Of a stretch of DNA of 64,000 nt, positions 61,171-64,000 are shown one piece after another. The translations under genes were made by a program, and so were the position numbers. The DNA lies in the NCBI GenBank assembly GCA_043228905.1, contig JBHGNT010000007.1, positions 20,150,001 to 20,214,000 of the forward strand, given 5' to 3'. Position 1 is the first letter of the stretch. Each line of letters begins with the position of its first letter. The notes below the pieces were generated by a model. The model was not told where the DNA came from. It saw only the letters and a list, made by a program, of their open reading frames with translations, and made no database searches. The stretch comes from Azolla caroliniana. Lineage: Eukaryota; Plantae; Polypodiophyta.

Positions 61171-64000
61171 TGTTAGGAAACAGGTCCCTCCGGATGGGAA
61201 GTCAGAAGAACAATACTGATGAGCAAACTCGGCCGAGGCCGAAACCGGATGTGGAGTACCCGGCATGAGCCGGATGGTGCAGACCCGGTGAGAACCGGAT
61301 GACGAGTACTCGGCTACGGAGAGCCGGATGGTGCAGACCCGGTGAGAACCGGATGAGGAGTACCCGGAAACAGAAGACCCGGTGAGAACCGGATGACAAT
61401 TACCCGGCAAGCGATGCAGGCCCGGTGAGGAGTGCTCACCGGATGAAGAGACATATTCGTAAATATGTTTCTAAGAGTCCATCGTGGCTCTATTTGTAAA
61501 TAGCCGAAAAGTCATATTAGTATAAATATGACTTAGGGCAAACTTTTTGTGTGACAGTGTGAGAGAGTTGTTGTCAGTTCTTGTTGGCACAAATTAGAGC
61601 GCACAACTGTGTACAGAGAAAGTGAGAGAGAGGAAGAGGTCGTTGCCTCTGATTGTAACTGCCGCCTGTGGCGAACATAGCAAGCTCGAGGTCGTGGCCT
61701 CGGTGCTTGCTTATTGTACATTCTGACATAGTGATAGTTTGCAGTCTATGGGTTGCCGTGGTTTTTCCCGATTTTGGGTTTTCCACGTAAACATCATGTC
61801 TACTCTTCTCTCTATCGTGTTGTGTTTCATTCCCTGTTTTCTGTGTTTTATTCTAGGCTCGGTTGTGGCTGAGCGTTGTTCAAAGGGAGCGTGTAGTTCT
61901 TGTCAAAGTGGTATCAGAGCAAAACGACACAGAAAATGGATGATTCGTTCGGAGGCATGTTCAAGCTCACCGGCTCCAACTATTCGGTGTGGAAGTCGAA
62001 GATGAGGGACATGCTCGTGGTTAAAGATCTTTGGTTGCCAGTTCAGTTTGGGGACAAGAGACCGGACAAAATCGGCGCCACGATATGGGAGGTGATGCAC
62101 ATGAAGACAACAGCGTACATACGGTGCTTCATCGACATGAGCCTATACAACAACTTCAATGAAGAGAGCAAGGCTCATGAGCTCTGGGAGAAGATCGGTG
62201 TTATGTTTCAAAACAAAAATGATATTAATCAGGTTTCGGTATTCCGAAAGCTAGTAAGACTCCGGTACCAAGATGGCTCCAGCATGGCGGAGCACATGAA
62301 TGCCTTCCAGGGGCTGATCCACCAAGAAACATCATTGGAAGTACCTCTCGCCGACGAGGTACTAGCACTACTCTTGCTCGGTTCCCTCCCAGATAGCTGG
62401 GAGACGTTGGTTGTCACCTTGGGCAACGCCGGGCCGAAAGGGAAACGGTTATCCCTAGCAAGAGTGAAATCGAGCTTGCTAGATGAGGAGGCGCGTCGAA
62501 AAGATAAGGATACGAGCTCCAACTCCAAAGCGCTCCTTATCGAATCAGAACGTAGAAGACAAAGGAACCGTAGTCCCCAGAACCGGGAAATGTCGGGGAT
62601 GCGGTCAAAGTCAAGGGGGAGGCCTACTTGCTTCTATTGCGGCAAGCCAAGGCACTTCCAAAAGAAATGTCGGCATTTCCGGAAAGACAAGGAAACTGAT
62701 GGTACCGATTCGAAGCGGACACCGGACCGGAATGGTAAAGATCGGAGGGGAACGGACAGGAAGGGAATGACGGCAATCATGGCAAGTGAAGAAGAGTTGA
62801 TGCTCATCACCGAGGAAAGTTAGCTAAACCTTGCCGGCGACGAGATGACCTGGGTGGTCGACTCCGAAGCGTCGTTCCACCTTACCCCGGACCGGAAATG
62901 CTTCTCATCCTACTCAGCCGTTGATCACGGTTGTGTCCGGATGGGGAATGAAGGTACATGCCGAATTGTCGGCATAGGAGACGTGTGGTTGTCAACACCA
63001 ACCGGATGCAAGATGCTGTTGAAGGATGTTCGACACGTTCCGGAGGTTCATCTGAACCTGATATTAGTCGATCGGCTAGATGATGAAGGCTACACGGGTA
63101 GCATCCGGAACGGTGTTATAAAGTTCAGCAAAGGGAGCCTGATTGTGGCTCGGGCCCGGAAGGTAAACACACTGTACCTGATGAATGCCCGGTTATGTCC
63201 GGAGGAAGTGAACGTGGCATCCGACACTGCCGGTGAGCTGTGGCACAAGAGGCTATGTCACATGAGCGAGAAGGGGATGAAGAGGCTTGCTGACGACAAC
63301 CTCATTCCAGTGAAGAATGTGCACTTGGAGAAGTGCACTGATTGTCTAGCCGGTAAACAAAACCGAACCTCCTTCTGATCAAGGCTACCGATGAGACGTA
63401 ATGCGCCACTGGAGTTGGTGCATACGAATGTGTGTCAAGTGGACATGAAGTCACATGCAGGATCGTAGTACTTCGTGACGTTCATAGATGACCACAGCCG
63501 GAAGCTGTGGGCCACACCGTTGAAGACGAAGGATTAGGTGCTATCCTTCTTCAAAGAGCTCCATGCGAGAGTGGAAATAGAAACCGGCCGGAAGCTGAAG
63601 GCGGTTCGAGCAGATAACGAAGGTGAATACCAGGGGCAATTCGAGGAGTACTGCCGCTCGAAGGGAATCCGGCTCGAATTTACCGTGCCGAAGACGCTAG
63701 AACTAAATGGACTGGCCGAGAGGATGAACCGGACCGTAATGGAGAGGGTCCGGAGTATGCTGGTGCATGCAAAGCTACCCAAGAAGTTTTGGGTTGAGGC
63801 ATTGTCGACGGCGACATATGTGATAAACAAATCACCCTCAGTACCCTTGGACGAAGACACGCCACAGAGAGTATGGACCGGTAAGGAAGTATCCTACCAG
63901 CATCTGAAGGTATTTGGGTGTCTTGCATATGTTCATGTAGCTAAGGACCGGAGAGGAAAACTAGATCCGAAGACCCGGGCATGCATATTCCTCGGTTACG
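61171..64000 (+). mobile_element. Copia D3 (5' part), nested in D2
   Basis: LTR 61171-61905, PBS TGGTATCAGAGC 61909-61920, gag ATG at 61936. Confidence 0.94.
61936..64000 (+). pseudogene. gag-pol: D3 gag-PR-INT with in-frame stops; runs off window
   Basis: MDDSFGGMFKLTGSNY, CFYCGKPRH, WVVDSEAS, WHKRLCHMS; stops at 62821, 63376 and others. Confidence 0.9.

Noticed and set aside
61240-61445. Regularly spaced repeats resembling a CRISPR array
   Set aside because: The spacers are themselves repeated, the array lies within Copia LTRs, the context is eukaryotic and there are no cas genes

Overview
Gene-free, almost entirely transposon-derived eukaryotic DNA. It is probably from a non-seed land plant such as a moss, inferred from the element types. 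The window is a deeply nested stack of mostly decayed LTR retrotransposons plus one LINE; family labels A-E are mine. Gypsy family A/A' has a fungal-like pol and a tRNA-Trp PBS (1-4017, 18262-21311, 28872-31537 continuing at 37103-37279, and a split LTR at ~37497-38053 + 57484-57754). Non-chromovirus Gypsy family B has a large extra 3' ORF (B1 4018-9591, B2 21312-28871, B3 48439-56690 minus, TSD CTTCA). Copia family C is Bryco/Lyco-like (C1 31538-37102, TSD AGAAG; C2 38054-57483 minus, TSD ATCCC). Copia family D is Tork/Tnt1-like (D1 42393-47816 minus, D2 57953-61170, D3 61171-end, plus two solo LTRs). There is also an old Copia remnant E and a LINE with an intact 1243-aa APE-RT ORF2. The most striking observation is that family B has no polypurine tract. 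In both copies that retain a 3' LTR, the PPT position holds a near-copy of a tRNA-Arg 3' end (GTCCCACGGGCGTGCCA) ending 2 nt before the LTR, i.e. a second, inverted PBS, which suggests tRNA priming of both cDNA strands. Other notable points: LINE ORF1 and ORF2 are in frame across a single TGA-CGG readthrough-type stop, Copia C has a duplicated PPT with a ~180-aa pol extension, and the LTR elements are visibly enriched in CCGG. No host genes, rRNA, intact tRNA genes or CRISPR arrays were found. All alignments and counts were done by eye.
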